A stretch of DNA of 64,000 nucleotides from Lytechinus pictus. Its lineage: Eukaryota. Both the position numbers and the translations under genes were made by a program. The stretch is from positions 7,008,001-7,072,000 of the forward strand of contig NC_087251.1 of the NCBI RefSeq assembly GCF_037042905.1. Reading direction: 5' to 3'. Of the stretch, positions 37,091 to 50,590 are shown piece by piece (position 1 is the stretch's first letter; the number at the start of each line of letters is the position of its first letter). The notes below the pieces were generated by a model. The model ran no database searches. It was not told where the DNA came from and worked only from the letters and a program-made list of their open reading frames with translations.

Positions 37091-37318
37091 ATGGACGATT
37101 GTCTGAAGAGCTGGTCATCAACTTCACAGTCTCAAGGAGTTAGTACAAACGAAAGAGTGTTGACTATCGGAGTGACAATGCCTCCATGGAATCACCGTTA
37201 CATGATCAAACTTCATCTCAACGGTGGTGTTCCAATGGCCCTGGTCAAGGAGTATATAGTTGCATTCTCTCGTTTTGCACCTAATATCACCACCAAGGCC
37301 CAATCTGCTGCTTTCTAG
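37091..37318 (+). CDS. Uncharacterised GRAM/PH-like protein, copy A, last coding exon
   Basis: TAG acceptor, MDDCLKSW...PPWNHRY...KAQSAAF*. Near-identical 75-aa ORF at 55990-56217. Confidence 0.87.
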   Translation: MDDCLKSWSSTSQSQGVSTNERVLTIGVTMPPWNHRYMIKLHLNGGVPMALVKEYIVAFSRFAPNITTKAQSAAF

Positions 37319-37430
37319 GTCACTATATAAAGTGCATTCAGTCGTTGTCATGGCAAATAGTTTAGCAGTTTCACAGTCAGTCGTTATTATCATGGCAATT
37401 TCCAATCAATATTGAAACAAGTCATTATAT

Positions 37431-37842
37431 AGGGAAGTTAACCCTGACCAAAAGTTGATTGTAAAAAGTAACAGAAAAGATAAAATATATTGGTGAAGGT
37501 TTGAGGAAAATCAAAACAGAGAATAAAAAAGTTATAATTTCAATTATTTGATTTGTGACGTCATATGCGAGGATCTTTACATATCATATGGTAAAAAATC
37601 AAAGAAATGTAATTTTCTCAAAAAAATAAAAACCTTTTTTACTGTACCTTCAATGTATTAATAGACAAATCATTTCACATCCTTTCCTAAAAAGAAAACA
37701 AACAATAAGTCATCTCGAACCATTACAAATTTGGGGATTTATGCATTTTATATCATAACTATGATAATGGGGTAGCTGCTCGTTTATGACGTCACAAATT
37801 CAAAACTTAAAACTGATAACTATCTAAGGGTGAACTTCCCCT
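37431..37842. mobile_element. Kolobok/T2-like MITE just 3' of gene copy A
   Basis: AGGGAAGTTAACCCT...AGGGTGAACTTCCCCT ends. The paralogous site in unit B is an empty TTAA (~57433). Confidence 0.6.
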
Positions 37843-38279
37843 CTAATTATGAAAAGCTGGCGCAATGCCTTCATGACGCAAGGAATTATTGTAGAACCAT
37901 AATCATCATAAACGGTATACTCAATTGTCAGGCAAAAGGGTGTCACAGGAATTTTGAAGAGGCATGATTCATGATTGCTTTATAGAAAGTATGAAGCAAA
38001 TTAAAGTTGAAAGACCATGAAAATCACCATTTCACTCTCGTAACATAATTCTAAAACGCTTGGAAACAATTACAAGAAGTATGTGCAAATTGCATGTATA
38101 TATTTCTTGTGGCTATAGCCCATCAGTTGTTTTAAAGGATATCTTTATAGTTTAATGCCATTTGGGCCGCGGCCTACAAGTGGGCAGTGAGAAGCTCCAG
38201 AGGGAGAAAAAATAGGGGAAAAACTATAGTATATCTCATACAGATCCGTCCGAATATGTTATGTCCGATCGGTCTATAG

Positions 38280-38921
38280 AGGGGATTCACACGCCCGCAT
38301 TTGCGTCATTCGAATGATAATTCGAATTACGCAGTTTGAGCGTGTGAATGCAAAATAGCGTAATTTGAAATGCGCAATGCAAATGATGGTTTCGAGGTGC
38401 TTTCGAGTGACGCTATTCCAGAATTACGGAGCGAAACCAGCCGTGTGAATGCTTTGACCTCCAAAACGTAATTCTGGGGGCGGAGCTTACGGTGACCATT
38501 CAACCACTTCCGCAGAAAAACCCCGCCCGCTATTTTCTGCTCTGTTGGCCAATTTTAGCGATGCACGAGTGCCATTGACTAGTCTGCTGGGCAAACCCTT
38601 CACTCGAGTTAAGGGTCTGAATGTGCAGCCTACTCATACCTTGTGTACTGAAGGCTCTCTGGAACAGCAAGTTTTGTATGTGCTAGTCTTTGCGTGGAGG
38701 CACACTTGTTGATCAAAGTTCCAATCAGGGTCTGTGCCTGCAGACTAGCCATTGGCGGGGTACCAAAAAGAAGACACACCTCTCAATATCGATGCGAAAC
38801 GTAAAGCCGCAGAATTAGAATCCTCCTGAGCCGTGTGAACGGAAGATGAATCTAGCGTCATTACAATTTGGCATTGCAATTAAGAATTCAAATGACGCAA
38901 ATGCGAGCGTGTGAAATCCCT
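38280..38921. mobile_element. Harbinger-like non-autonomous element with a nested ~170-bp TAG...CTA element (38580-38748)
   Basis: TIR AGGGGATTCACACGCCCGCATTTGCGTCATT / AATGACGCAAATGCGAGCGTGTGAAATCCCT. Inner TAGTCTGC...GCAGACTA flanked by GCCATTGAC/GCCATTGGC. Confidence 0.7.
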
Positions 38922-41900
38922 AAATAAGCACGTTCATGTGCATGGTTTCGATCCAGTTCAGAAGTGAACCTCATGTGCATGCATATTGACTGTGTATGTA
39001 GTTATTGTCGCCCATTTACCGGACATTTGCAAATGCAGATTAATTCTCAAACTGTTTGTTTCGAATGTGCTTCAGAGCTTTGTGTTCAAATTTCACGAAA
39101 CACTATTTTCACCAAAATTGACGTTTTCTTAAAATTTTGGTTGGTGGGCCTCGAAGAAAAAATCTGAGAGTCAAAGTTGTCCTCGAGTAAAACAAAAGGA
39201 TGAGAAGCGCTGATTTAGCGTACTTTCATTAGTAGGCTAGTGTACATAAGTATTTTGTCAACATACAAAAGTAGTGCGGAAACATAACCACAATATTTGT
39301 AAATATTATAGGAAAAACGCATCATAAAAAGGCGGTAGACTACATTGAGCTTATTAAATACCCAGTAATCCTAATATGCTTTCATCCCATTGTGAAGAAG
39401 TTGGTATTCGTGCTAGTTTAAGTTATTCACATGCAGTCTCCCACAAATTAAGTAATACAAAAAATGATGGTAGTATTGCATTTCTATATCACATTGTAAA
39501 CGAATATTATGCACTTAAAATTAGTTGTCAGTCATGTTGTATATTTTTCCACGTAATTTTGTTGATCATTCGATTGATATGAGGTCATTGTATTCAGAGT
39601 TTTTGGTTCAGTCCGATCATTGTTTCGGTATTTTCATATTTTGATATTGTAAATAATTCACGCTACGGATTATGTTTAGTGACGTCAATTTGAACATACT
39701 CTGAACTTTAGATTTTTTTTAATATTACGAGAGAAAAGAGAGATACCATGACTTTTAGATATTCAGTACTATTTATATACCCACCTTTTATTTATTGTGC
39801 GGCCGTATTGAATCTACATAAATAAAATAAAAAAAACTGTTCGTATAGTTAAAAGAAAAAGAAGTAATTTCAAAGACTGATTAGAAGCTGAAAGTAAAGT
39901 ATTTTCATTTCTAAGAAACTTGAGGTATTTCACTTTGACTAAGTTTGGTTTATAATGAATTGATTAATAAAAGACTTAATAATGGTATCCCGACTCCTAA
40001 ACAATTGACATAATGCAGGAAAATTATGTATATAAGCTTGTAGGATATCATGCAGAAACCCTAAAATGATTCATTTTCGTTTGTTACTTACACGGTGTCA
40101 TATTAGATTGTATAACATTTGTAATAATGATAGCAGCATCTTTTTGTAAATGCAAAATTAAGTTAATGTTTAATTACCACGATCAAAATAAGAGGAAAGA
40201 ATTATAAGCGTATACAGATTTTGAAAAATGAAAAGATGCAGTATCGATGACGAATAATTTTGATAAGTTTCAAGTTTATCAGCAATGCGTAAAGCTATTC
40301 AGTTGAGTGAATGTGTGTAACATAAATTATAATTATAAAACATCACTCTGATCCTTTACAAAATGGGGGGGGGGGGGGGTTCAGAAGATGGAAGAAGAAT
40401 ATTGAACAGCTCCTACTATACTATACACTCTAAATTCCAAGGATTTAAAGTAAATCCGGATCGGCTGTGAATAGCGGCCAGCCGAATATTAGATTGGTTT
40501 TAACCCTTGTAGATTTAAATAAGAATCTAAAAGATTTGAATTTATATATTTTGAGATTTGAAATTTAATCCTATAGATTTAAAATAAATCCAACATTTAG
40601 ATGGTCACTATCCACAGCGGATTTGGATTTATCTAAAATCCTTGGAATTTACGCCAGGTGAGGAGGAGGAGGGGAGGTGGATTACTATATACCGCCTCCC
40701 TTCTCCAGGTGCGGTTCTTTTTTTTTTGGGGGGGGGGATTCTGGGGGCTTGAATAATTTTTGACATTGGTTTATCCAATACTAATAAAATGGCACATCAG
40801 TGGCAGCATACTGAACGTGAAATACTAAGCAAGCAGCTGTCAGCCCGTCTGAAAAATATTACGGGATTATGCGAGGGAGCGAGCGACCCCCCCCCCCCAA
40901 TATTCAAAATGCTTGAAAATATTGTTTGTTCTACATGTCTATTCCACCCATCAGGGCATGTGATTTCACTTCATGATAATGGGGGCAAGACTGGTTATCA
41001 GAAGGATACAGTGTTGTTACCATCTCCAGACGTTTAATTTATTTATACGTGAGTGAGCCTCGCGAACGAGCAAGATATCCCTAATTTCAAGAGCAACATT
41101 TTCACGACCCACGGTCCCTTAAAATTCATTGAATAAGTCTATCCAGTTAACGGCCTTATATTTCTCAAATCTTCTATAATATAAGGCTTTTTCTACTTAA
41201 AATGATAAAAATAAAAACATTATAGTGATATAAAATAATTTTGATTGCCGCATATATTCATATTTTTTTATTACAGCGCCGTTATAAAAACAACACCGTG
41301 CGGACATAATTATATGAAATATGACTGCAGCAGAAATTATTTTAGATTACGTTTTGTCCATTTTCTTATCTTCTTGTTATTTCTGTTATTGGTATATGTT
41401 TGTTTGTTTTATTTAGGCATAAACTCCATAAAACAAACATGTTTTGTCATACCATTGTTAATTATTATTATGATATTGGACCACATGAAAAAACACAGCT
41501 GATAATTATGTTTAACAGCTCTGGATTGGGCTATCCGAGCGTATTTATTATCAATGTTTTAAAGTTAATGCGTATGTTACTTGCATATATTGTGTTTTTG
41601 TGATTTCGGAAATAAAACAAACGAACAAAATCTTAGGTTACGATAGCTACAGATATTAATTAAAGCATCTATCATGATATAAATATTTGTTTTAAAAACC
41701 CCAATAACAATATAAACTGACTCTCTTTTGATAGCCACATTATAGTATTTATATCCACGAGCTTATTTTCTGGTTCTGAAATAAAATTCGGATAGATTTT
41801 CCTACTAGATCTAAGTCAGTCTTGTATTTTTTATAAAGTGGACTACAAAGCAGTGCGTTTCATGACTTATGATGACCTTGATTTGACATTGAACGTTTCA

Positions 41901-42576
41901 CGGGGATTCCCCACAAAAATGATTTATTTCCTATTGGTCTGATAGTACCAATTCGTCCAATTACCAACTCATCTATATACTGTTATTAGGTCTACCACCA
42001 GTTCATCCACTATCCACATGGTCTAAATCCTATTTCGTCCACTCACAATGTCGTCTAATAAGCAGTTGTTCCAATATCCATTTAATCCATTTATCAATTG
42101 ATCCAATTGAAAATAAAATGAAAAATAAAATAAAATGGATATTAGACCAACTGGTAATGAGACGAAATGGTGATTAGACAGTGATAAGTGGACCAAATGG
42201 TTGTTAGGCGAAATGTTGATGGACGGAATGGCTTTAGATCAATAATTATTGAAGGTATAGACAGTGGTGAGTGGACGAGTTGGCAGTAGATGAATTGGCA
42301 ATATACCGAAAAAACGACGAACATTAAGCGTGCGATTAGTGTTTCCACTTTGAAGTAAATTTCCCGAATTCCGGAAAATCAGGATCATTTTCAGGTACAG
42401 TTTTCGGGAAATGAAAAAAAAAACGTAGCAAGTTTCAATATTCATGCTATTGTTTGCCTCATACGTAGCTCAAAATTTTCTGCTCGCGCTCCGCTCTCTA
42501 ATTTTATAATGCTGCTGTTTTTAAATGTGCAATTTAACAAAAAAGGTTAAATTCCTTGATTTTGGTCACTTGGACC

Positions 42577-42911
42577 CAGTGGCGTACCTAGGATTTTCCA
42601 AAGGGGGGGGGGGCAAATTTTTGGAGGATATTTCGTCCTCGAAAAAATTTGACAAGGAAAAAAAAAAGAAAAAAAGAAGGTCTTCAACCAAAAATAAAGG
42701 ATTTCTTACCCGAAAAAAAATTGACAAGCAAAAAAAAAAAAAAAGTCTTCAGGTTCGAAAGAGGGGGCACACGTCTGTTTTTAATTGCATTTTTACATTA
42801 CAAATGGATCAGTTGTGACTCGTCAGGGGGGCAGGGGTACGTCCCCTGCATGAGTTGTGACTCGTCAGGGGGGGCAGTCTGCCCCCCCCCCCCCCCTTAG
42901 GTACGCTAGTG
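42577..42911. mobile_element. hAT-type MITE
   Basis: CAGTGGCGTACCTAGG...CTTAGGTACGCTAGTG with perfect 8-bp TSD CTTGGACC. Confidence 0.85.
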
Positions 42912-44445
42912 CTTGGACCACAAGTTTAGGCGCGCATTATTGTCCGATTTTGTTCAAAATTTCATTTGAATTTAAATTCCCAGGAAATGCCTATGAATTC
43001 AACAGGAAATTTGAGATTCAGTTTCGGAGAAATTTGTTTTGGATGTGTGTAAACACTGAGTGCGACGTATATACGCATATATTAGATTTGGTCTCACAAA
43101 GGACCTACCGTTTGCAAAACTGTACCATAAATATCATTCTGCATGTAGCTGTTCGTGGCGCGACGTGAGTTTTGTAATTTGTATTAATTTTTATGTTCTA
43201 GTATCACTGATTCATGGAGGCCTATTTTATATTTCCCAGATCATTTTGAACTAGAAGACAATCGTGACAAAATGTATGTAATGGTCACAATTTATTCCAG
43301 TGTATCAGTACTACTGCGATAAGCATAGGCCTAAGCTATAGCACACTTCTTATCAGGGGCCCCCTACCACCCCCTATTTTTCAAGAAGTCAAGAGAGAGA
43401 GAGAAAGAGAGAGATGAAGGGTGAAAAATGAGGCAGAAAAGAATCAGATGGGGCCGTGCGTCGTATAACTTTGGTTTGGGGGAAACATTGGGTCGCGCAA
43501 TTACCCCCCTTTTCAAAGCAAATAATACTTGGGGTGGAAAACCACTAAAATGCTTGCTTTGTTATTGTCCGATTTTTGTTAAACAAATTAAATTTGAAAC
43601 TTTCAGGAAATTTCTATGCATAGATTTCATGAATTTCAGGAAATCTGAGATTCAGCTTCGGGGAAATATGTTTTGGATGTGTGGAAACACTGCGTGCGAT
43701 GTATGCATAGTGCAAAATATCAGTTTAGTGGAAGTGATCTCACAAAAGACCTATTCATTTGCAAAAGTACCATACTGGGATTTAAATATTAGGGCCTATA
43801 CTGCATGTAGTTGTTCATGGCGTAACGTGAGTATTGCAATGTGTGTTTACATTTTATGTTCCAGTTTCACTGATTAATATAGGCCTAGTCTGTATATCCC
43901 AGATCATTTTGAATTTGAAGAAGACAATCGTGATACAAATAATGTACCTAATGGTCACAATTTATTTTAGTGTATCAGTACTACTGCGCTAAGCATACAT
44001 AATTAGGCTTATTATAATAACACACTCCTTATGAGGGGCAAGTTGCGACCTTCGTCCCCCTCCCACCCCTTATTTTTCAAGTAGTGAAGAGAGAGAAAAA
44101 GAAAAAACATGGAGGTATAAAAAGGAAAGAAGAAAGAAAAGAATCAAGAGGGATTTGCGCTGTGTAACTGTATGGGGGAAACATTGGGTTGCTCATTTAC
44201 CCCTTTTTTCAAAGCAAATAATACTTGGGTGGGGGACCACTAGACTCAGGTGCGGATCCAGGATTTTCCAAGGGGGGGGGGCACATTTTACCGAGGAAAA
44301 AATGACATAAAAGGGAGGTTTTCAATAATAAAAAAGGACTTTTCGTCCACGTAAAAATTTGACAAGCAAAAAAAAAGAAGAAATATAAAGGTAAAATTTT
44401 AACAAACACGAGGGCAATTATGTGTCCAACCAATTCCGGGCAGTT

Positions 44446-45020
44446 TTCTGTTTGTGGTAACTCCCGTAGGAACTCGGTAGGACAGCATTTTGCTGGTAAA
44501 CGCCAAGCTGGTATATAACCAATTACCTATGAAACATTTTACGTCTAGGTTAATCAGTCATAGTGGCTGACAGGGGCGGAAATTTCTCCCAAAAGGTAGG
44601 GGGACAAGGGGCTGGAAAATTTGAGAAGCATAAAAAAAGGTTATCACCCCCAAAATTTAAGGTCATTTCGACGAAAATGAATTTGACAAGCAAAAAAAAA
44701 AAAAAAAGAGGTTCTCATCCCAAAAGTAAGGTCATCTCGTCCCAAAATACATGTTTTATTTCGATTTTGAATGAAGTTTTTCCTACCATCATAAAAGACC
44801 AAAAATAGTAGGGAGGACATTTGATATTGTGTCCCCCCTACTATTTTGAGTTGGGGGACACGTCCCCCCTGGGATTTCCGCCCATGGTGGCTGACGTTAT
44901 AGACGACAGATATCACTCTCGGGCCTTTTTATCATAGTGGAGACAATGGCAGAGTTGGGATTCGAACTCACAACTTTGCGATTATGAGTCCAATGCTCTA
45001 ACCACTGGACCACACGGCCC
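44446..45020 (-). mobile_element. tRNA-derived SINE (family 2) split by a hAT MITE
   Basis: Head GGGCCGTGTGGTCCAGTGGTTAGAGCATTGGACTCATAATC...GAGTTCGAATCCC (CAT-anticodon-like). Body matches 35782-36070 once 44571-44886 is removed. Confidence 0.8.
44571..44886. mobile_element. hAT-type MITE inserted into a SINE
   Basis: CAGGGGCGGAAAT...ATTTCCGCCCATG with perfect 8-bp TSD GTGGCTGA. Confidence 0.88.
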
Positions 45021-46359
45021 AACGCGGGAAGCATATTGTCCAGTAAGGTTAAAAAATAAGCAGCAATTACTTAAGAATGGGCAAAACTTTCATCACACTG
45101 GATAAATAAAAATGCCCAAAAGAGGGGCGTCCTTTTTCATGCCTTTGTGCTTATTACTGTCCCCTCCATGCAATGACTGTTTATTGTTATTTTACCTTGA
45201 AATATTGTCAATTTTTGCATGGAAATAAAGAATCAATCAAATGCCCAATGTTGGTTGGACACATAATTACCTTCACGGTGCATATTTACCCAATATTTTA
45301 CAAAGTGTAAACTTTAAATATTGCTCGCCTTTTCAATGTCCGATTTAAAAAAAAAATTGAAACTTCCTGGAAATGTCTATGCATAGAATTCATGAATTTC
45401 GGGAAATCTGAGATTCAGTTTCGGGGATATTTGTTTTGGATGCATGTGTGGAAACACTGCGTGCGATGTACGCATAATGCAGAATATCAGTAGGCCTATA
45501 GTGGATATACAGTCATTTGCAAAACTGTACCATATTGGGATTTAAGTATTATACTGTATGTAGCTGTACATGGCATGACGTGAGTATTGCAATGTGTGTA
45601 TGCATTTTATGTGTTCTAGTTTCACTGATTCATATTTTAAGCCTATTTTGTATATCCCAGAAAGAGACAATAACAATCGTGATAAAATGAACCTGAATTG
45701 TCTCAGTTTATTTTAATATACCAATACTACTTCGCTAAGCCTATAAGAGGCATATCACACAAAGGAATTTGTTCAAATTATTTGAATTGTTTCGATAGTA
45801 CTTTAAAAAATTTCATTAGTAAACACTCTTAATTTTTTTCTTAAAGAATTTACGGTCACGTGCCAATTTAATGTATTCATTTGGAATCCAAGCTATCCCA
45901 TTTCTTTTTCTTCTGACAGAAATGAAATGTGCATCCTAAATGCATTCGTCATTGAAATCATTCCAATTTTGATTTTTCAAATCATCTCGAAATCTGTTTT
46001 CATCAAAGTTGCGAGAATACCTAAATTTTCTTATTTTGAAATGAAACATTGTGTGTTTCCTTTTCACAAGAGCTACAAAAGTCAAACAGTGGTCACTAAA
46101 ACCAATGGAGATTACTCACGACTTAACATTTTCAATCGAATTAGAGGCAATTATTAAATTGATGATTGTATACGAATGTTTGGTGTTGCTCGTGTAGGTT
46201 CGTGAATTATCTGATTAAGCTGATAAGTACGACAAATATCCTAAATTATTTTATTCTATCACTCATGTTGCAATTGAAATCACCCGTCAAAATTATATTA
46301 TTTGATAATGATATTGTCACGAATTTGTATTTGTAGTATACTATCAACAGTTTCAGTAT

Positions 46360-46605
46360 CAGGGGCGGATCCAGGATTTTCCAAAGGGGGGGGGGGCACG
46401 TACATTTTCCCGAGGAAAAATTTTGACAAGAAAAAAAAGGGTTTCAACCCAAAATAGTGACATTTGAAAGATCTTCACTTTCAAAAGGTAGACACACTTC
46501 TCTTTCTCTCTTTTAACGGCATTTTTACATTACAAATTTTAATGGCGCCTCTCAATAGGGGGCTAGGGCCGGCTTTGCCCCCCCCCCCCTCCCGATCCGC
46601 CAGTG
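46360..46605. mobile_element. hAT-type MITE
   Basis: CAGGGGCGGATC...GATCCGCCAGTG, 8-bp TSD TTCAGTAT/CTCAGTAT. Confidence 0.8.
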
Positions 46606-46744
46606 CTCAGTATTCAGTAAGAGCAACGCCTTCTCGAGCTTGTCAGTAAATCGCATAGTCCTGTATAGTTGCGGGTTTACATCTCGTTCTGCCTCGTCCT
46701 CCCAGCATTCCCAGCTGAGGTCACACTTTGTAAGTTTCGCTTAA

Positions 46745-47158
46745 GGCGACCGCACACCTTACGATTGGTCTGCGACCCGATTTCAGAATAAAATGTAGTA
46801 GAATTTGATGCTAATATTGAGACTTGGAATATCTTACTTCGTAATGTTCTTAATCATCATACGAATACCCATGTTCATATGTGTGACTATAAGCTATCAT
46901 CCTTCTTAGAATAAAAGCGAATTCAATATCTAGTCGTAATGACGTCATAGCAGTCGTATGATTGGCTACGATTTGAAACTAATTTGACCTTTACTCAAAA
47001 ATAAAAGCTTGCAATCTTTCAAATGGTTATATTAGTATTCTTTCAATTAATTTTAACCTCAAATAAAATGATATGTTCCATTCACATTTTCAGAAAATGA
47101 GCAAAATGCGATTTGTTCCAAAATCGGATCGCGAACAGTCGTAAGGTGTGCGGTGGCC
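46745..47158. mobile_element. MITE with ~50-bp imperfect TIRs
   Basis: TTAA|GGCGACCGCACACCTTACGA...TCGTAAGGTGTGCGGTGGCC|TTAA. Confidence 0.8.
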
Positions 47159-48544
47159 TTAACGTAACGACAAGGACAGTTTTTCAGTCGCGTGCGGCCT
47201 CGCCTATAGCGATAACAGATCTCAGTCGCGTGCATATCGCGTGCGACTTCGTCTGACCATAGAGCTATTACAGAGTTTAATAGCTCTATGGTCTGACCTC
47301 ACGCTGAGGACATGACAGATATGTTTTGCATATTAAGTCCAAGGTCTCGCTCGTCATAAGAGTCTGCCCTCGTGTTATGCAACATCAAGGACAGTCTTTC
47401 AGTTGCGCGCAGCCCCTGACTGACCGTCAGCTGAGGACAAATATTGTTCTTGGGAGAAGGATAGAAACTAGCTCAAGGATCCTTTGCTCGATCTAGCTCT
47501 CTATAAAAAGGGTGGTAATTTACACTTGGGGAGAGTTTTCTCGGGGCATGTCTTGGAGTTCATTTCGATCGAGTGAAGTTGGATTGTATCTATTCTTTAA
47601 ATCAGGGGCGGCGGAACGTATTTTCGTTTGGGGGAACAAAGCCAAAAAAGGGAACTTGTAATATGTCAAAATTTGCATTTTTTTCACCATGGGATTATCA
47701 TCTGCGTGAAGTAGTTGTGTGTTTGCATAGCAATTAAGTTGAGCAGAGCCTTTTTGAAGTTATTTCTGTTTGATATATATTTAGGCTCAATTTTTTCCGT
47801 GAGAGAGCATAGCGAGCGAGCAAGCAGTTTGGAAAAATTTCCAAATCTGAAGTTGTGAAACTCGCTTGTAGGTCAATTATGACGCTATAATAATTATTGT
47901 TAAGGCAGTTTTGTTATCATGAAAAAGTTGTGTATCTAACCAAAAAATTGAAGCGAGCGCGAAGCGCGAGCTGACATTTTTTATATACTGACCAGAAAAG
48001 GGACCTGATAAGGACTGCATTTAGTGACTGATTAATACGATACATATCTCACCGATCCGGGCACCAATCAAATAATGCGAGCGCGAAGCGCGAACTGAAA
48101 ACTTGTGAAATTCCACCTTAAAAACTGGACATTCTAAGCATTTTTGTAACCAACGACAGAATGAGTACATTACTAAACAGTAATTCATGCAAGCGCGAGC
48201 CAAAAAATAGGTGATTTTCTAACATAAAATGTATTATGTTTTACTTCAAAAAGGGTATTCATTTTGAAAAAGGGCACTTTCCATTTTGAAGAAAGGGCAT
48301 TTTTTCCTGCGATGATTTTTTTCCACCGCTCTTGCTTTAAATGTCTACTCTTGTTAATAAATTGACAAGTCTAACCTAAATGTCAGCTCTGCTTATTTTA
48401 ATTTGTTGTTCCCCACCTGCCCCTTTCACAATTAGTGGTGCGACTGCTCATAACCGTTGCGATTGTGTGCAAGATAATTATTGTGACCAAATCACAAACG
48501 ATCACAAGAGCGATTGTGAAAGCCCCTTCAGAGAACATAGACGT

Positions 48545-48966
48545 GGTTTATTTCCGATTCGTCTAATGCAAATTCGTCCAATTGCCAACTCGTCTACTAC
48601 CATTTGGTCTACCATCAGATAGTCTACTCACCACATGGTATACTTTCATTTAGTCTAATGCCGTTCCGTCTAATAACCAGTTGGTCCAATAGCCATTTAG
48701 TCCATACACCATTTGGTCTGATTAAACTTTAGTGTTAAATGTGCAAAAGGAATGAAAGAAAATGGATATTAGACCAACTGGTTATTAGACGAAATTGTAA
48801 TAGACGAAATGGTGATTAGACGAAGTGATGATTGGACCCAGTGGTTATTGCATTGGACCAAGTGGTTGTTAGACGAAATGTTGATGGGCGGAATGGCATT
48901 AGACTAAATGGAGGTAGACCATTAGGTGAGTGGACCAGTTGGCAGTGGACGAATCGGCAATTTACC
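48545..48966. mobile_element. Palindromic MITE with GG...CC ends and short internal repeats
   Basis: CCGATTCGTC/GACGAATCGG near the termini, flanks ATAGACGT/ATAGACGC. Related copy at ~41940-42307. Confidence 0.65.
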
Positions 48967-50590
48967 ATAGACGCACTGGGTACAAATAATCGATTTACAT
49001 TCTTGGCGTAAAGAGTCTTTGGGTCTGAAAGAGAAATTAAGAACTTATAAGTGAGAACTGAGAATTATACAGAGTCAATGAAAGGAGAGATGAACAGTAA
49101 TTGGTGAAAGAGCTTACATTTTAGTGGTTTAATAATTTCCAACACCCTTCTAAATTTAGTTACAATAAAACTCTTTCAACATTTGCTTTAAGTGAGGAAG
49201 GCCTCCTATATAAAATACCAACAAAAATCGAACTACTATTATTTTGTTCTTTTAATCTCTAGCCACGTAACTTAAAGTTCTTTGGTTTTCAGATCTATTC
49301 TTCTCATTTTATAAAATTTCTTACTAATGCAATCTTATAAGCGTCAATGGTTTGAACAATCATAGTTTAACCATGTTTCTGAAGACGTGAACTATTCATA
49401 ACGTAACTTTCTAAATACAAAATAGTTTCCTGGTCCCCAAAAGGAAATTGTTTCAAAATGCAACGGTACACTGCCAGTTTTTCAAAAGTTTCGTTTAAAT
49501 CATCATATTTGGATTTTAGAATCCCCCGCTCGCACACTATAATGAGCCCATTTTTCACATGAGGTACATAAAAGTGCCTTTTGGTTACTCTTTACTGGTT
49601 TATTGCAATTACTACACGGATATTTAACCATAAATTATAAAGAGTTGGGTACAAACTCAATAATTATTGATAAAAAAGTATTACATGTAAACATGAATAT
49701 CACACACAAAAAGAGAAATAGTATAAAAAAATCTTGAAGAATTGTATAAAACTGGTCAATCAAACAATCAAAGAAAGCCCCTTCCTTACAAAAAAATAGA
49801 CAGTCCATTATCATGAATAAAGGAGCTGATAAGCATATGAGTTCCGCTTATTGGTCAGCTACTGAAATGACTGATAATTTCATTATATGTCATTGAACTG
49901 TTTATGAGAATCGGAGGTCACTTTCGTTACGGATTACTTTATTCATCGATTTATCATTGTTGGTTGATATTTTTGCTATTATTCTTGTTCTTCTTTGCGT
50001 AGTTGAGCAGGTTCAGATTGTATTTTGTTAGTTGTTCCCGGATCACCACTACCCGAGTACCTTTTGACGAGAAAAGAAATGATGCATTGAATTGTTTGGT
50101 ATGTATAATGAAACAACATTATATTTCTATAAAACTTAAATTGTAAAAACCTGTGTTTGCAAAAAAAAATATATATGCAGTATTATGAAGATGAGAGATA
50201 TATCAATTTTATATCGCGGGTGTGTTTAATAAATTAAATCCTAAATGGATGTCACTTCATTTAATTCTTTATTTATTTAAGAGAAATGTGAAGTTTTTTA
50301 AAACTGTTTGAGTTCATTTGTTGATTTTGTAATAATTTGTATGTGTATATTTTGAAATTATATGACTCAATAAAAGGCCTTTGGTGGGCTAAAAATTATT
50401 TCATTTTTTTCCTATAACCGTATTACTTTCTCTCTCCTCCATTTCCTCTCCTTGTCATTTTATGCTCCCTCACCCCCCCCCCCCATCATCTAATGTGAAG
50501 GTTTTTGATGCCCCTAATATCCTGCATGATTTTTTTAAATGCTGTAATGTAAAAGCTATGAATTTTCCTTTGCAGTTTCATTAATGATAG

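Larger units (their letters stand above)
18340..41105 (+). repeat. Tandem segmental duplication, unit A
   Basis: Colinear similarity to 41280-60925 in upstream (18380/41293; 25875/50063), exonic, intronic and downstream (37327/57323; 41050-41105/60868-60925) sequence. Boundaries approximate. Confidence 0.85.

Noticed and set aside
44945..45020. tRNA-like sequence with CAT anticodon (minus strand)
   Set aside because: The acceptor stem does not close, and the downstream body matches a second dispersed copy at 35782-36070, so it is a SINE.
49140..49330. Minus-strand fragment resembling a LINE endonuclease (VTWLEIK...IFVGILYRRP)
   Set aside because: Short, with several stops and no definable boundaries; too degraded to annotate.
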